DNA of 64,000 bases. Source: the human T2T-CHM13v2.0 reference genome, Homo sapiens. Positions 61,687 through 64,000 of this stretch are shown here, one piece after another; the stretch's first letter is position 1, and each line of letters starts with the position of its first letter. The DNA lies in assembly GCF_009914755.1 (NCBI RefSeq), contig NC_060947.1. One strand, 5' to 3'. Made by a program: the position numbers and the translations under genes. The notes beneath the pieces are model-generated. The model searched no databases. It was not told the DNA's origin and saw only the letters and a list, made by a program, of their open reading frames with translations.

Positions 61687-62659
61687 AGTGTATAATAAAA
61701 GCAACATCACAAAACAGCAGTAAAAAAATTTAGTCAGTACAAAATGTTGGGACAGTTAACAGATTGTTTGAAAAAGAATGTAACAGAACTTTTTGATAAT
61801 CATTTACTTAGGGCTTTATTATCTTCCACAACATTTGCAAACCAGAAGCTACAAAATATCAAAAGCACAGGAACTTGACAACATAGAACACAATTAGCTT
61901 CTCAGTCTTCCTCTAATCAGGGTAATCTTTAAATATCACAATAGATTTTGCCAAATACCACATTAATCATCAAAGTTACTATTCATCTTACACCTTCTTA
62001 AGCTACAGAAATAATTGAATTTAAGTGTGAAAATACCACCTCCTTTACCACCACTACTAAATGCAAAAAGAAAGAGAAAATGAATAAAGTGTATGAATCA
62101 ATTCAGCTATTAATAAGCATTCTTAAGACACCAAAAGGGCTTTATAGGGATAACATATATCACAGGTCTTTGATGGTTCATTCCTTCTTGTCTATTTTAA
62201 ATATCAGTTTTATTGCACGTGTTGAATGTGCAGTCACATAAAAATTAATGTCTATAGAATGTGATTATTTTCTGCACACCCTGTTTGTTGACACATAAGT
62301 TAACTTCAAATGATTATTCGGTAAGCTAGCATTAGGTCATAGGTACTTGAAAATTACTTCTGGAGCTAGTCCAATTCTGAGGAAAAGTTGATTAGAGGAA
62401 AAGGCCTACCATTATCTAGCTAAAAGTTGGCTCTTTATAATGAGACCTATAGGTCCCAAAACATGCTTCTAGTGATTGGCTAAAGTAGACTAATTCTCCA
62501 AGGATAACAATGCCAGCTAACTATAGTGTTTGCTGTATGCTAGGTTACCTAGTGCTGTAGGTTCTATGCATTAGTTTCAGCTTGTCAGTTTCTACAAAAA
62601 TGCCTGCTGCTGTGAATTGGCTATTTTGCTTAATTTATAGATCAACTTGTGCAAAATTG

Positions 62660-63900
62660 CCTTCTGACAATGTTGAGTCTTCCAGTCCAGGAACCTGAAA
62701 TGTTCATGCTGAATTTATGCCTGAGTATTTTATTCTTTTGATGCTATTGTAAATTGAAAGGTTTTATTAATTTGATTTGAAGACTGCTGCTAATATATAG
62801 AAATACAATTGAATGTATATATTTTTATTTTATCTTGTGACCTCACTGAACTTGTCTATTAGTCATAGTACTTTTTGTGGGATACTTTGGGATTTTCCAT
62901 ATACAGAATAAAGACTGTTTTCGACTGTTTTAGTACTTCTTTTCTTTTAATATCTTTTCTTTTCTCTGTCGAGTACAGTGGCATGATCATGGCTCACTGC
63001 AGCCTTGGCCTACCCGGGCTCAGCCTATCTCAGCCTTCCAAGCAGCTGGGAATACAGGTGTGTGCCATCACGCCTGGTTAATTTTTTTTTCTGGATTTTT
63101 TTGTAGAGACAGGTTTTGCCATGTTGCTCAGGATGGTCTTGAACTACTGGCTACTTATTTTCTTATGTGGGTGCCTTTATTTTTCCAGCCTTATTTTACT
63201 GGAAGGATCTCCAGTATAATTTAGACTAGATCTGTCAAAAGAAGATATCTTTTCTTGTTTCAGTTGTAGGGGAAATCATTCCATCTTTCACAATAAGCTA
63301 AAATGCTAGCTGTGAGTTTCAATAGTTATTCATTATCAAGTTGAGGAAGTATTCTTCTATTCTTAGCTGTTTAAATGTTTTCATTAAGAAAGTGTGCTGA
63401 ATTGTGTTACATAATTTTTCTGTACCTATTGAGATGGTAATGTGATTTTTCACTCTTTTTTCTACTAGTATAGTGTATTACATGCATTCATTTTCATATG
63501 TTAAATTAACTTTGCCTTTCTAGTAATTCTACTTGATCATAGTGTGTATACTTTTTAAAAAATCCACTACTGACTTTGGATTGCTAAAATTTTCTTAAAG
63601 ACTTTTGTATCTAGGAAATGAGTTATGGAGTGCTTCCTCCTCTTCTATTTCCTAAGTTTACGGAAAATTGATATTATTTTAACTTTAATTGAAAGAATTC
63701 ACCAGTGAAGCCATCTCGACTTGGACTTTAACTTTGGGAAAGATTTGTAATCACTAATTCAATTTCTTTATGTGTTATAAGTTTGTTCGTATTTTCTACT
63801 TATTCTTGAGTCAGTTATTATCATGTGTCTTTCTAGGAATTTGTTCATTTCATCTATTAGTATAATTTACGGGAATGAAAGTTTTCATAATTCTTCTATC
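62660..63900 (-). mobile_element. Old L1 ORF2 fragment containing a degenerate AluJ (~62940-63150)
   Basis: 'gaaagaattcaccagtgaagccatct', 'tatcaagttgaggaagt'; Alu 'catgatcatggctcactgcagcc'. Confidence 0.7.
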
Positions 63901-64000
63901 CTCTGGGGACTCATATTTGGTACAGTTGACGTGTACCACAGGTATCAGAGGCTCTATGTTTTGGAATAATTTTTCTCTGTTTTTAAGATTGGATAATTTC

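Overview
Primate (probably human) AT-rich, gene-poor DNA made mostly of interspersed repeats: old and young L1s, Alus, MIR/L2, MaLR and ERV1 pieces, and hAT/Tigger MITEs. I cannot support any cellular protein-coding gene; the longer ORFs come from L1, Alu, simple repeats or the rDNA-derived GC island. The standout is a ~1.47 kb chimeric insertion (24607-26080, minus strand). In it, a CpG-rich copy of the rDNA 3'ETS and Pol I terminator region, carrying three Sal boxes (TTF-I sites), is fused in frame to an L1PA ORF2 fragment spanning the reverse-transcriptase domain. It sits inside an old L1MB, with no poly(A) and no target-site duplication (TSD). Other notable structures are a TSD-flanked L1 3' transduction (12103-12844), two twin-primed inverted L1s, a possible retroposed antisense ERV fragment, local template-switch inversions and two small palindromes. 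Repeat subfamily names come from recalled consensus sequences, not a database run, and the boundaries of old elements are approximate.
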